A stretch of DNA of 64,000 nt from Bacillota bacterium (GCA_023406895.1 JAEXTV010000016.1:64663-128662); one strand, 5' to 3'. Positions 1 to 9,686 are shown, numbered from the stretch's first letter. Notes: generated from the sequence alone by a model not told the origin. Made by a program: numbers and translations.

Positions 1-1156
1 TATTCAATAAATTGCGCATCACCTGACAGATTTTCATCCCATCTGCGTAAACGGGGATATCGCTGCGCGTCCTTTTAAACGCCAACGCTATTCCGTATTC
101 CGCCGCATTTTTCTCACAGAGGGCCATTTCTGATTCTATGATTTCACAAAGATTATACCAATCTTTTTTGAGCTGGATGTACCCGGCCTGCAGCTGAGAA
201 TAATCCATAATATCACTGACCATCTCACTCATGCGCCCGGCCTCCTGTATGATCAGCGTCAAATTCTCATAACGCTTCTCATCATCTTTCCAGTTGATAT
301 CCCGAACCATTTCGGCGTAACCTGCGATAAGCGCGAGAGGCGAGCGCAATTCATGTGACACATTGGCAATCACCTCTTTGCGCAGAACATCCACGCGCTG
401 CAGGGCCAGCCCCAGCGCCTCCACCGAACCCGACAACTGACCGAGTTCATCCTTCAAGTGCAGCCCCGGTTTCGCCGTCAGCTCGCCTTGGGCGAGGCTG
501 TCCACGGTTCTTTTAATCACGCGGATCGGCTTCACAAAATGTCTGGATAACAAAGCCGCCGCAACGGCTGTAACAAGGGTAAGGCTGACGGTGAGAATGA
601 CAAGCTGATTTCGGTTCATATGGAGCACCGTCTGCAGCTGATCCAATCTCTGATACAGAATGACCGACGCCTGCCGGTTATTAAACTGCGCCGGTATTCC
701 GATTTCCATTGTAATCGGATCGGTGCCGTTGCGTATGATTTTGGTGTATGACTTCCCTTGAGACAGCCCTTTAAATTCTTTGCTGTATTTCAAATTGCGC
801 TGTATGTACAAGGATGCCGATCCGTATGACTGCGAATCGAGTTGATGCCCCGTGCTGTAAAGAGCCACAAGCTTCCCGTCGCTGTTGATCACCATCATTT
901 TTCCGTTGGTGAGTTTGCTTAATGAAAGAATCAGCTGTTCGTTGCCGGATAGGTCTTTGGTTTTCAAACGTTCCATGATCGGTTCCAGCTGCTCCTGCAT
1001 GTCGGCAACTGAGGCATTCACATAATTCTGCTCGAACAGAAAAATTTGAGCCACCAACATGAACACGATACCCAAAACCACCAACAGCATCATAATCAGC
1101 CATAAGCGGACAACAATCTTGGAGCGAAAGGGCGATTTTTTACACTGTTTCTTCAT
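1..1156 (-). CDS. Sensor histidine kinase (partial; C-terminal ATPase domain lies beyond the left window edge)
   Basis: The minus frame is open from the ATG at 1154-1156 to position 1, so it is absent from the ORF track (no stop in the window). My translation gives MKKQCKKSPFRSKIVVRLWLIMMLLVVLGIVF (TM), a second TM, a HAMP-like linker and the H-box VIANVSHELRSPLALIAGYAEM. The ATG overlaps the end of the RR gene. Confidence 0.85.
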   Translation of the reverse strand, partial: MKKQCKKSPFRSKIVVRLWLIMMLLVVLGIVFMLVAQIFLFEQNYVNASVADMQEQLEPIMERLKTKDLSGNEQLILSLSKLTNGKMMVINSDGKLVALYSTGHQLDSQSYGSASLYIQRNLKYSKEFKGLSQGKSYTKIIRNGTDPITMEIGIPAQFNNRQASVILYQRLDQLQTVLHMNRNQLVILTVSLTLVTAVAAALLSRHFVKPIRVIKRTVDSLAQGELTAKPGLHLKDELGQLSGSVEALGLALQRVDVLRKEVIANVSHELRSPLALIAGYAEMVRDINWKDDEKRYENLTLIIQEAGRMSEMVSDIMDYSQLQAGYIQLKKDWYNLCEIIESEMALCEKNAAEYGIALAFKRTRSDIPVYADGMKICQVMRNLLN

Positions 1157-1814
1157 ATTCAAACTTATACCCAACTCCCCATACGGTTTGAATGGTCTTG
1201 CGGTAACCACCCAGATGCTCCCGCAGGGATTTTATATGTGTATCAACCGTGCGGGCGTCACCATAGTAATCATATCCCCAAACCCTGTTCAGCAGCTGCT
1301 CACGGCTCAGCACAAGCCGTTCGTTTTGTGCAAGATATAATAACAAATCAAACTCTTTGGGCGGCAAACTAAACACCTTTTCACCCGCAGAGACCCTCCG
1401 CGACCCGGGAGATATGCATAGATCGCCAAACAGGAGATGATCACCCGTCTTTCCGCTGCGTTTGAGAACGGCGCGGATGCGAGCCATCAATTCCTTTGGA
1501 CTAAACGGTTTTGGCACATAATCGTCCGCGCCGAGATTAAAGCCCAGAATTTTATCGTACTCCTCGCTGCGTGAAGTCAGCATAATCACCGGCACTTCAC
1601 TGTCCCTGCGAATTTCCGAAAGCGTTTCAAAACCATCGAGCCCCGGCATCATCACATCCAGCACGATCATATCAAACTGCGTCTCATGTGCTTTTTCGAT
1701 AGCTATCCGTCCGTTTTCCGCCTCCTCACACTGGAATCCTTCCAGCTCACCGTATGTAAGAACCAGCTTGCGAAGATGTGTATCATCGTCAACAATCAGC
1801 AGCTTAGGCATCAT
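1140..1814 (-). CDS. OmpR/PhoB-family response regulator
   Basis: ORF 1140..1859. I moved the start to the ATGATG at 1814/1811, which follows GGAGGGG. Receiver domain (MPKLLIVDDD, VLDVMMPGLDG) plus a winged-helix output domain (RVWGYDYYGDARTVDTHIKSLR). Confidence 0.9.
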   Translation of the reverse strand: MMPKLLIVDDDTHLRKLVLTYGELEGFQCEEAENGRIAIEKAHETQFDMIVLDVMMPGLDGFETLSEIRRDSEVPVIMLTSRSEEYDKILGFNLGADDYVPKPFSPKELMARIRAVLKRSGKTGDHLLFGDLCISPGSRRVSAGEKVFSLPPKEFDLLLYLAQNERLVLSREQLLNRVWGYDYYGDARTVDTHIKSLREHLGGYRKTIQTVWGVGYKFEYEETV

Positions 1815-1868
1815 GCACCCCTCCTTCCATAAACAGTATACATCTTCCATGGCTCTCAATCCAGTGCA

Positions 1869-2777
1869 TCATGTCACAAGGTCAACCAGCATACCGGACA
1901 AAAAGGCGAACATCACACTGAACAGAATATACAGGACAAACCGCTTACCCCCAAGCACAATCTTCATTGCGCCCAGATTGGTAATTTTGGTGGCAGGGCC
2001 GGTAATCATAAAAGCCGTGGCCGACCCCAAGCTCATGCCGCTCCACAGCCATTCCTGCAGCAACGGAATTGTCCCGCCGCCGCACATATATAACGGAACA
2101 CCGATCGTGGCCGCCATCAACACCCCAAACCCCCGCTGGTTTCCGAATAGATCGGCAAACCCTTCGGCGGGAACATACCGCTGAAAGATGGCGGAAAGCG
2201 CGATTCCCAGCAAAAAATAAGGCCCTGTGGTTTTAACGTTCCGCCACATGTTTTTGAGCAGGCGTATCATAAGATTCGGGTCGGAATCGCGGTTTGCCAA
2301 TTTGCCGATACCCGAGAAATTAAAAAAGCGCTTTCCTTGACGGCTGTAAAAAAACCAGACACATAAACCGGCGGTCATTCCGCATAGCAGGCAGGAAGCC
2401 ACGCGAATCACCAGCGCCTGCGTGCCCAGCGCCGCGCTGTATATAATGAGCTGGGGGTTTAACAAAACTGAGCTCATCATAAAAGCGGCGAGCCAATCGT
2501 CTCTCATGCCCTTTTCAGAAAATGAAGCGGCAATCGGTATGGTGCCATACATACAAAGCGGAGAGGCGATTCCGATGATACTTGCCGGAATCGCCCCCAG
2601 CACCCCCAGCTTCTTGTCTTGCAGTTTTGAAAACAAACGATGTATTTTTTGCTTTCCGAATACCGAAATGACAGACCCGATGACGATGCCTATCACCCAG
2701 TACAGAAAAATCTGCTCGAACTGAACGGAAAAATAATACCAAAGGTAAATACCTTCCCGCCGCAGGATCTCAATCAT
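1869..2777 (-). CDS. Predicted permease of the ArsP_1/DUF318 type, with two internal repeats
   Basis: 302 aa polytopic membrane protein. Each half carries a related motif: SPLCMYGTIP and PLYMCGGGTIP. The start overlaps the upstream gene by 8 nt. Confidence 0.7.
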   Translation of the reverse strand: MIEILRREGIYLWYYFSVQFEQIFLYWVIGIVIGSVISVFGKQKIHRLFSKLQDKKLGVLGAIPASIIGIASPLCMYGTIPIAASFSEKGMRDDWLAAFMMSSVLLNPQLIIYSAALGTQALVIRVASCLLCGMTAGLCVWFFYSRQGKRFFNFSGIGKLANRDSDPNLMIRLLKNMWRNVKTTGPYFLLGIALSAIFQRYVPAEGFADLFGNQRGFGVLMAATIGVPLYMCGGGTIPLLQEWLWSGMSLGSATAFMITGPATKITNLGAMKIVLGGKRFVLYILFSVMFAFLSGMLVDLVT

Positions 2778-3858
2778 CTATACTCACCAATCGATAGGCG
2801 CGGCTGCCAAAACCAATTTCTTCGGCATGCTCCAAAATGTGCGTCCCGTTTCTCGATTCAATGCGTTTAATCACAGATTTGCTGTCCGGGGCGGCATAAA
2901 TCAAATCGACACAGGCCTGATCGAGAGCCACCGGATCCAGCGAGGCGAGAATGCCGATGTCGTGCATATCCGGTTTGTTGGGGAATGCATCGCAGTCACA
3001 GTCCACCGAGATATTATTCATCACGTTGATACAGAGCATCTTGTTACCGTTATCAAGGTAGTCATATACCGATTTCGCGGCCTCTGCCATACTCTCGGTA
3101 AAGGTATCCGCGGGCGTACTCGGGCTATAGCCTGTTTTATTGGCTCCGGCACTGTGAATGAGTGATTTTCCTTCTTTTGAGGCAATACCGATCGACATAT
3201 TTTTGAGAGCACCGCCGAACCCGCCCATCATATGGCCTTTAAAATGCGAAAGAACAATGCAGAAGTCGTAATCCATAAAATGAGAACCAACCTGGTTTGT
3301 GGTCAGTCGTGTGCCGCCGTTGACGGGGATTTCAGTGCCGCCGTCGGCATCCATGATATCAACAGGTGCAATGGCCGTATAGCCGCGGTCCTCCGCCACT
3401 TGCATATGCATCGCCGTGCTGGCGCGTGAGCCACCATAAGCCGTGTTGCACTCAACAATTGTCCCGTCGACTGACTGAACAAGGTCTTTAATTAAATCGG
3501 GCTCGAGATTATAGCTACCCTCTCCTTCACCGGTATTCAGCTTCACCGCCACTTTGCCCTCAGCGGTGCGGCCCAAGGCATTATAGATGGCCATCAAGCC
3601 CTCCGGGCTTAAATCGGTGGTCATATACACAATGGGCGCGTCTTCCGAGTCTGTTTGATGTTCGAGCATGCCCGATGCCTGCGGGCTGGTGCTGCTGTCT
3701 GCGCTTTCCGAGGATTCCGGTGCGGCCAAAGGGCTTGGCGAAGGGCTTGCAGCCGGGCTGGCGGTTGCGTCACCGGTTTGACCGGCAACCTCGCTGCATC
3801 CGGCCAGCAAGCTCATCGTCATGACAATAGCGAAAAGGAGTGATAAAAAACGTTTCAC
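2770..3858 (-). CDS. Exported lipoprotein with a DUF362-like domain
   Basis: Signal peptide plus lipobox (MSLLAGC), a Ser/Pro-rich linker, then a core with FKGHMMGGFGGALKNMSIG, VDCDCDAF and LDPVALDQACVDLI, which I recognise as DUF362-like. Confidence 0.6.
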   Translation of the reverse strand: MKRFLSLLFAIVMTMSLLAGCSEVAGQTGDATASPAASPSPSPLAAPESSESADSSTSPQASGMLEHQTDSEDAPIVYMTTDLSPEGLMAIYNALGRTAEGKVAVKLNTGEGEGSYNLEPDLIKDLVQSVDGTIVECNTAYGGSRASTAMHMQVAEDRGYTAIAPVDIMDADGGTEIPVNGGTRLTTNQVGSHFMDYDFCIVLSHFKGHMMGGFGGALKNMSIGIASKEGKSLIHSAGANKTGYSPSTPADTFTESMAEAAKSVYDYLDNGNKMLCINVMNNISVDCDCDAFPNKPDMHDIGILASLDPVALDQACVDLIYAAPDSKSVIKRIESRNGTHILEHAEEIGFGSRAYRLVSIDD

Positions 3859-3907
3859 ATGACACCTCCAAAATTGACTTGTATAATGGCTTATATTTGA
3901 AGGCTAA

Positions 3908-3945
3908 TTGAGAATTGTGAGAAAACTGTGAGAAGACCGTGAGAA
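3908..3945 (-). promoter_or_regulatory. Phased direct-repeat array (candidate response-regulator binding sites) upstream of the 3858->1 operon
   Basis: GTGAGAA starts at 3917, 3928 and 3939, an exact 11-bp period. A degenerate TTGAGAA sits at 3908. The array ends about 50 nt upstream of the lipoprotein start. Confidence 0.45.
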
Positions 3946-3973
3946 TATAATGAAAATGACAGCATTATTCTTT

Positions 3974-4090
3974 GGCTTACGTTGGGGCGTAAGCCATCCA
4001 CTGCGCAGTGGATTGCAATCCCGTGTTAAAATCGTTTTGCCATGGGATGCATTCGCCCGCTTGCTCCTCAGCATGACATGAGGAGGGGGT
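3974..4090. repeat. Composite intergenic palindromic repeat element
   Basis: Hairpins GGCTTACG..CGTAAGCC and ATCCACTGCGCAGTGGAT. The minus strand carries GTCATGCTGAGGAGCAAGCGGGCGAATGCATCCCATGG, matching the element at 44150. Confidence 0.6.
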
Positions 4091-4306
4091 TATCGGCACT
4101 CTGAAGTATACTTGTGTATACTCAAATAGGAGTCCTTTATTGCAGAAATACGATGGAGTCTTTTAGTGTCTGGCTTAAGACAGTCATGATGACTTTTGCC
4201 AATCTAAAAGGCTTGCGCGCGTTGTTCACCAAGCGGCAAGCCCATTATACTTCCTGTCGACGTATTTGTTCAGATTTTCAGTTCACATAATCATTCTCTT
4301 GTTATC

Positions 4307-6655
4307 CTACAGATGCCATATCTCCTGCGCATACTGCCTCACCGTCCTGTCAGACGAGAACTTTCCGGCCGACGCCACATTGGCAAGGCCCTTGCGCCCG
4401 AAGCTGAGCCTGTCCGCATAATCGCAGTTCACACGCAGCTTGGCTTCCACATACGGCATCAAATCGAGCAGCAGGAAGTAATGATCCGCCCGGTGCCAGC
4501 AGGCCCCCTCGAGTAACGCATCATACAGCTCCTTGAAGTAACCGAAACCGTCGTCGCTGAGTGTGCCGTCTATCAGCGTATCGAGCACGCGCTTCACCCT
4601 CGGGTTGCTCTCATAAATCGCTTTGGGGTTGTAGCTTGCGCTTTCGCGCCGGATGTCTTCCACGCGCGCCCCGAATATGTAGTTGTTGTCCTCACCGGCC
4701 TCTTCCACAATCTCCACGTTCGCGCCGTCGTACGTGCCAAGCGTGACCGCGCCGCTCAGCATCAGCTTCATGTTGCCTGTGCCGCTCGCCTCGGTGCCCG
4801 CGGTCGATATCTGCTCGGAAACATCCGCCGCCGGAATAATCGCCTCGGCATACGAGCAGTTGTAGTTCTGCACAAACACGACACGCAGCTTATCGTTCGT
4901 TTGCGGGTCTGTGTTGACGAGCCGCGCAATCTCATTGATCAGCTTGATAATCGCCTTGGCCCGAAAATATCCCGGGGCCGCCTTCGCGCCGAAAATAAAC
5001 ACCGTCGGATGAAAATCTTGAAGGCTGCCATCTTTGAGGCCGTAATAGATATCGAGTATCGACAGCGCGTTGAGCAGCTGGCGTTTGTATTCGTGCAGCC
5101 GCTTCACCTGCACATCGAATATGAATTCGGGCGGGATTTCCGTGTCCTCACGCTCGGCAATCAGCGCGGCGAGCTGCCGCTTTTTTTGCTGCTTCACGGC
5201 GTTAAAGCGATGCACAAAATCATCGTCTATGCTGTCTTTGAGCTTCCCAAGCTGACTTAAGTCAGTCAGAAAACCGCTGCCAATACGGCTTTCGATCAAC
5301 GCCGTGAGCTCCGGGTTGCAGAGCCCGAGCCAGCGCCGCTGCGTCACGCCGTTGGTCTTGTTCTGAAATTTATCCGGATACAGCTCATACCAGTTTTTAA
5401 ACACATCGTGCTTCAAAATCTCGGTATGCAGCCGGGCCACGCCGTTCACATACGTTGACATAAACACCGCGAGCCGCGCCATATGCACCGTGTCGCAGTC
5501 GATTATGCGCATGCTTCCCGTCTTTTCCGCAGGAACCCCCGCCTCACCGAGCACCGCGCAAAGCTTTTCGTCAATCCGCGTGATGATCGCTCTGATCTCC
5601 GGGATCACGGCGTCCATCAGCGCCACGTGCCATGTTTCGAGCGCCTCGCCCATCACGGTATGGTTCGTATACGAAAACGTCCGCTGCGCCATTGCAAATG
5701 CGTCGTCAAAACTGAATCCCTCAGCCATCAGCAGCCGCATCAGCTCGGGCACGCAGATCACCGGGTGCGTATCATTAAGCTGAATCGCGCAGTGCGCCGC
5801 GAATCCCGAAAGATCGCTGCCGTGTGTGCGCTTGTACCGCGCGATGATATCCTGCAGCGACGCACTCGCGAGAAAATACTGCTGCTTGAGGCGCAGCTTT
5901 TTGCCCGCGTCGTCACAGTCGTTCGGGTACAGCACGCGCGAGATATCCTCCGCGTCGTTCTTCTCCCGCACGGCCTGGGCGTAATCCTGATTGTTGAAAG
6001 CGGTAAAATCGAGTTCCTGCACCGCCTCGCTCTGCCACAGCCGCAGCGTGCCCACATGGCCGCTTTGGTAACCGATCACGGGCATGTCGTACGGCACCGC
6101 GCGAACGGTCTGATCCGCGAATGTCACCGTCACCGCCCTGTCGTCGCGGCGGCAGCTCCACGGGTCGCCGTCCGTCTGCCAATCGTCGGCGGTTTCGCAC
6201 TGCATGCCGTCGACAAACAGCTGTTTAAAAAGCCCGAACTTGTAGCGGATGCCGTAACCGTCGAGCGGCAGCGCCATCGTCGCCGCACTGTCTAAGAAAC
6301 ACGCCGCGAGACGGCCCAGCCCGCCGTTGCCGAGCGCCGCGTCCTCAATGTCTTCCAGTGCGGCTAAATCCGCGCCGCGCTCCCGCAGCTTTTCGCGCAC
6401 CTCACCCAGCACACCGAGGCAATAGAGGTTGTTAAACACCATCCGTCCGATTAAGAACTCAATAGAAAAATAATAGGCGCGCCGCGCCGTGCTATGTTTA
6501 TTTTTGCTGATGATCCAGTCGTCTGATATCAATGCCATCACGGCCTTCGAGAGCGCGTCGTGCAGCTGAGCCGCACTTGCGCTTTTCATATCCTTCTGGT
6601 AACTGCTTTTTAGGTTTTGTTCCGTCATGCGCAATATCTGGTTGCTGTCGGTCAT
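4307..6655 (-). CDS. glgP: Glycogen/maltodextrin phosphorylase
   Basis: 782 aa with the PLP-lysine motif EASGTGNMKLMLSGAVTLGTYDGANVE and a typical GT35 N-terminus. ATGA overlap with malQ. Confidence 0.95.
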   Translation of the reverse strand: MTDSNQILRMTEQNLKSSYQKDMKSASAAQLHDALSKAVMALISDDWIISKNKHSTARRAYYFSIEFLIGRMVFNNLYCLGVLGEVREKLRERGADLAALEDIEDAALGNGGLGRLAACFLDSAATMALPLDGYGIRYKFGLFKQLFVDGMQCETADDWQTDGDPWSCRRDDRAVTVTFADQTVRAVPYDMPVIGYQSGHVGTLRLWQSEAVQELDFTAFNNQDYAQAVREKNDAEDISRVLYPNDCDDAGKKLRLKQQYFLASASLQDIIARYKRTHGSDLSGFAAHCAIQLNDTHPVICVPELMRLLMAEGFSFDDAFAMAQRTFSYTNHTVMGEALETWHVALMDAVIPEIRAIITRIDEKLCAVLGEAGVPAEKTGSMRIIDCDTVHMARLAVFMSTYVNGVARLHTEILKHDVFKNWYELYPDKFQNKTNGVTQRRWLGLCNPELTALIESRIGSGFLTDLSQLGKLKDSIDDDFVHRFNAVKQQKKRQLAALIAEREDTEIPPEFIFDVQVKRLHEYKRQLLNALSILDIYYGLKDGSLQDFHPTVFIFGAKAAPGYFRAKAIIKLINEIARLVNTDPQTNDKLRVVFVQNYNCSYAEAIIPAADVSEQISTAGTEASGTGNMKLMLSGAVTLGTYDGANVEIVEEAGEDNNYIFGARVEDIRRESASYNPKAIYESNPRVKRVLDTLIDGTLSDDGFGYFKELYDALLEGACWHRADHYFLLLDLMPYVEAKLRVNCDYADRLSFGRKGLANVASAGKFSSDRTVRQYAQEIWHL

Positions 6656-8145
6656 TCAGTTGTGTCTCCTGTTCTATGATACGCTTTATTTATACTTAAA
6701 ATATCGTCCTTGAGAGTATCTGTCAACTGTTCAGGCCTTATGCGCCACTTCCAGTTGAGCCCCACCGTGCCCGGCGTGTTCATCCGCGCTTCGCTGCCCA
6801 GCCGTAAATGATCCTGCATGGGGATCACAACGGTATCGGCGCAGCTCGCGTAAGCCGCGCTGATCAGCGCTTTGCAGACGTCCGCGTCGTCATCCATATT
6901 GAGATACGCGCGCGCAAAGCTTTTTTCGGCTTCCCCGGCCTTCTGCCACCAGCCCGCTACAGTATCGTTATCATGCGTCCCCGTGTAAAGCACGGTATTG
7001 GAGCTGATATTGGCCGGCAAATGCATATTCTTCTCATCGGAATCAAAGCCGAACAACAGCACCTTCATACCCGGATAGCCGCAGACTTTGAGCAGCCGCT
7101 TCACCTTGGGCGTGACCACACCCAGATCCTCGGCGACAATACGCAGTGACGGGATTTCGCGGCTCAGCACCTGAAAGAAATAGCTGCCCGGCCCGTTTCT
7201 CCATGTGCCGATCTTCGCTGTGGGGGCATCCGCGGGAATCTCATAGTAATTCGCGAATCCGATAAAATGGTCCACACGCATGATATCGCAATAGTCGAAC
7301 ATCGCGCGCATACGGCGTACCCACCATTCGTACCCGGTTTTCTTATGCAGCGGCCAGTTGTAAATGGGGTTGCCCCACAGCTGGCCATCCTCGGTGAAAT
7401 AATCGGGCGGTACCCCCGCCACGCAGAGCGGCCGCCTTTGTTCATCAAGCAAAAACAGATGCGGCTCTGCCCACGTGTCGGCGGAATCCATCGCGACGTA
7501 TATCGGCATATCGCCAAAAATCAGCACACCGTTTTGATTCGCATAAGCTTTGAGCTTCGCCCACTGCCCGAAAAAAAGATACTGCACAAACGAATGAAAC
7601 GCGATATCCTCACTGAGCGCGCGAGCATATTTCGTCATTGCGTCGGGCTCGCGGAAACGGATCTCTTCGTCAGGCCATTCGCTCCAGGCCTTGCCGCCGA
7701 ATCGGTCTTTGAGCGCGGAGAAAAACGCGTAATCGAAAAGCCACGGCCTTTGTGCCGAAAACGCATCCACACGCGCCTTAAGCATCGGATAGGCATTCTT
7801 AAACGCAGCGCGAAGCACCGCATACCGCGTTAAATAGAGATATTCGTAATCCACAGCGTCCGCGTCTTTATCGGGATCGAGATGAGCGTAATCGGATTCC
7901 TTGAGTATGCCTTCTTCTTTGAGCATATCGAGGTCTATAAAATACGGGTTGCCTCCAAATGTGGAAAAGCTCTGGTAGGGCGAATCCCCATAGCTTGTCG
8001 GGCCGATCGGCAGCACCTGCCAGATTTTCGTCCCGGACTCCCGCAAAAAATCAACGAATTTGTAAGCCTCCCACCCCATAGTCCCTATTCCATACGGAGA
8101 GGGCAGGGACGATATGTGCATCAATATGCCGCTGCTGCGCTGCAT
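6652..8145 (-). CDS. malQ: 4-alpha-glucanotransferase (amylomaltase)
   Basis: 497 aa. The N-terminus MQRSSGILMHISSLPSPYGIGTMG and the segment VDHFIGF are typical of GH77. Confidence 0.95.
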   Translation of the reverse strand: MQRSSGILMHISSLPSPYGIGTMGWEAYKFVDFLRESGTKIWQVLPIGPTSYGDSPYQSFSTFGGNPYFIDLDMLKEEGILKESDYAHLDPDKDADAVDYEYLYLTRYAVLRAAFKNAYPMLKARVDAFSAQRPWLFDYAFFSALKDRFGGKAWSEWPDEEIRFREPDAMTKYARALSEDIAFHSFVQYLFFGQWAKLKAYANQNGVLIFGDMPIYVAMDSADTWAEPHLFLLDEQRRPLCVAGVPPDYFTEDGQLWGNPIYNWPLHKKTGYEWWVRRMRAMFDYCDIMRVDHFIGFANYYEIPADAPTAKIGTWRNGPGSYFFQVLSREIPSLRIVAEDLGVVTPKVKRLLKVCGYPGMKVLLFGFDSDEKNMHLPANISSNTVLYTGTHDNDTVAGWWQKAGEAEKSFARAYLNMDDDADVCKALISAAYASCADTVVIPMQDHLRLGSEARMNTPGTVGLNWKWRIRPEQLTDTLKDDILSINKAYHRTGDTTE

Positions 8146-8167
8146 ACATAACCTCCTGTTTGCTGGT

Positions 8168-8572
8168 CTATCCTTTCACCGCACCGGCGACGACACCTTT
8201 GATAATATACTTCTGACACGACAGGTAAACCACGATAATCGGAATAATCGCGAGTGTCAGCATGGCCATCATCGCGCCCATATCGATCGACCCATACCCG
8301 CCTTTGAGATATTGTATCACAATTGGTATCGTTCTGTGATCGCTCAATATCTACGGGTATGGATTTGACAAAACCGCTGAACATAAACGTGGAAAGGCCC
8401 GCACCAAACCCCAGATAAATCACAATGATACCAAAAGGATTGTCAAGATGCAGCATGTTGGCAAACTTGGACATCGTGAACATCACCATTTGGAACGGCA
8501 CGATCATTAACATGCTGCAAAAGCTGCGATACACATGAGAATGACAAGAAGGAGCGATAGGGTTTTCTTCAT
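8168..8572 (-). pseudogene. Deletion remnant of a sugar ABC importer (binding-protein signal peptide fused to fragments of a MalG-type permease)
   Basis: After the RBS AAAGAGGTGG there is a 21-codon ORF, MKKTLSLLLVILMCIAAFAAC, then a stop. In another frame comes a mid-permease segment, MLMIVPFQ..FGAGLSTFMFSGFVKSIP. After a further frame change comes the permease C-terminus, TIPIVIQYLKGGYGSIDMGAMMAMLTLAIIPIIVVYLSCQKYIIKGVVAGAVKG plus stop at 8168. The EAA-loop region is missing. Confidence 0.7.
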
Positions 8573-8633
8573 TGATTCCACCTCTTTCAAAGATTTGTTC
8601 TCATTGCACGGAGTGGCTCCGTACAAACTCATT

Positions 8634-9686
8634 TTAAGAATGGTTCTCACAAACGGAGTTTCCCTGCCGGAACTTTGTGCCGGGCACCACGTGGCGGTTT
8701 TCACCGCTGCCTTCAATCAGATTGATCAATATATCCGTACTTTCCTTGGCCATCACGTCTGCCGGCTGTTCGAGCGTTGTGAGCGTGGGGATGGTATAGT
8801 TTGAAAGCTCGAGCCCATCGATGGAAATCACCGAGCAGTCTTCCGGGACACGGATGTTATGATCGTTTAAAGCCTTGATAGCGGCCATCGCCATCACATC
8901 CGCTATGGTGAACACCGCCGAAAAGGGCTGCCCGCTTTCGATCAGCCGTTTTGTCCCTTCGTATGCATCCGGCATATTAAAGCTGTCGGCCAATATCACC
9001 AACGACATATCCAGCGGACATCCGCAATCCTCAAGCGCCTGTTTATAGCCGGAAAATCTTAGCTCACTGATGGACTTATCATCCGTGCTCGCCACGAGCG
9101 CCGCAATACGCCTGTGCCCGCTGTTATATAGCCGTGTCACCGCGTCGTAGGCTTCCTTCTTATCATCAATGGCCACAGACGAATACGATTTTGGGTCAAG
9201 ACTTCCAAAAGTATTGGTATATGTGCAGCACACATAAGGGATGCTCAAGAGATCCGTTTCTTCGGGCGAATAATTAAAGCGCCCTCCGAGGAAAAGAATT
9301 CCGCGAAGACGTTTTTCCTTGGTAATCATCGCCGCTGTTTTGATTTCATCGTCGCCGCTGCCAATTTGGTGCAGCACCATCGAATAACCTCTTTGGTATA
9401 TCTCGTGCTCCACACCTTTGATGATGCGCGTAAAAAATGGGTTGGAAACGCCGCGGACAATCAGCGCAATGGTATCCGAGCTCGTGCGCACAAGATTTCT
9501 CGCGCTGTTGTTGGGAATATAGCCGTTTGCCTGAATCACACTCATCACGCGCTTGCGCATGTCATCGCTGACGTCCTGATGATCGTTGAGCACGCGCGAG
9601 ACGGTGCTGACGCTGACATTGCATAGTCTGGCGATGTCTTTAATCGTTTGCTGCTTCAATGTGACACTCATCCTTTCGCGGGACAT
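8634..9686 (-). CDS. LacI-family transcriptional regulator
   Basis: N-terminal HTH (IKDIARLCNVSVSTVSRVLN) followed by a periplasmic-binding-protein-like sugar-binding core. Confidence 0.9.
   Translation of the reverse strand: MSRERMSVTLKQQTIKDIARLCNVSVSTVSRVLNDHQDVSDDMRKRVMSVIQANGYIPNNSARNLVRTSSDTIALIVRGVSNPFFTRIIKGVEHEIYQRGYSMVLHQIGSGDDEIKTAAMITKEKRLRGILFLGGRFNYSPEETDLLSIPYVCCTYTNTFGSLDPKSYSSVAIDDKKEAYDAVTRLYNSGHRRIAALVASTDDKSISELRFSGYKQALEDCGCPLDMSLVILADSFNMPDAYEGTKRLIESGQPFSAVFTIADVMAMAAIKALNDHNIRVPEDCSVISIDGLELSNYTIPTLTTLEQPADVMAKESTDILINLIEGSGENRHVVPGTKFRQGNSVCENHS

Noticed and set aside
771-1103. A 110-aa minus-strand ORF listed in the track.
   Set aside because: It is an alternative frame inside the histidine-kinase gene. 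The kinase frame gives TM, HAMP and H-box features and runs to the window edge.
8121-8534. A 137-aa ORF that could be taken as an intact small gene.
   Set aside because: Only residues ~8-65 resemble a sugar ABC permease. The rest is out-of-frame read-through overlapping malQ. I interpret it as part of the transporter deletion scar.
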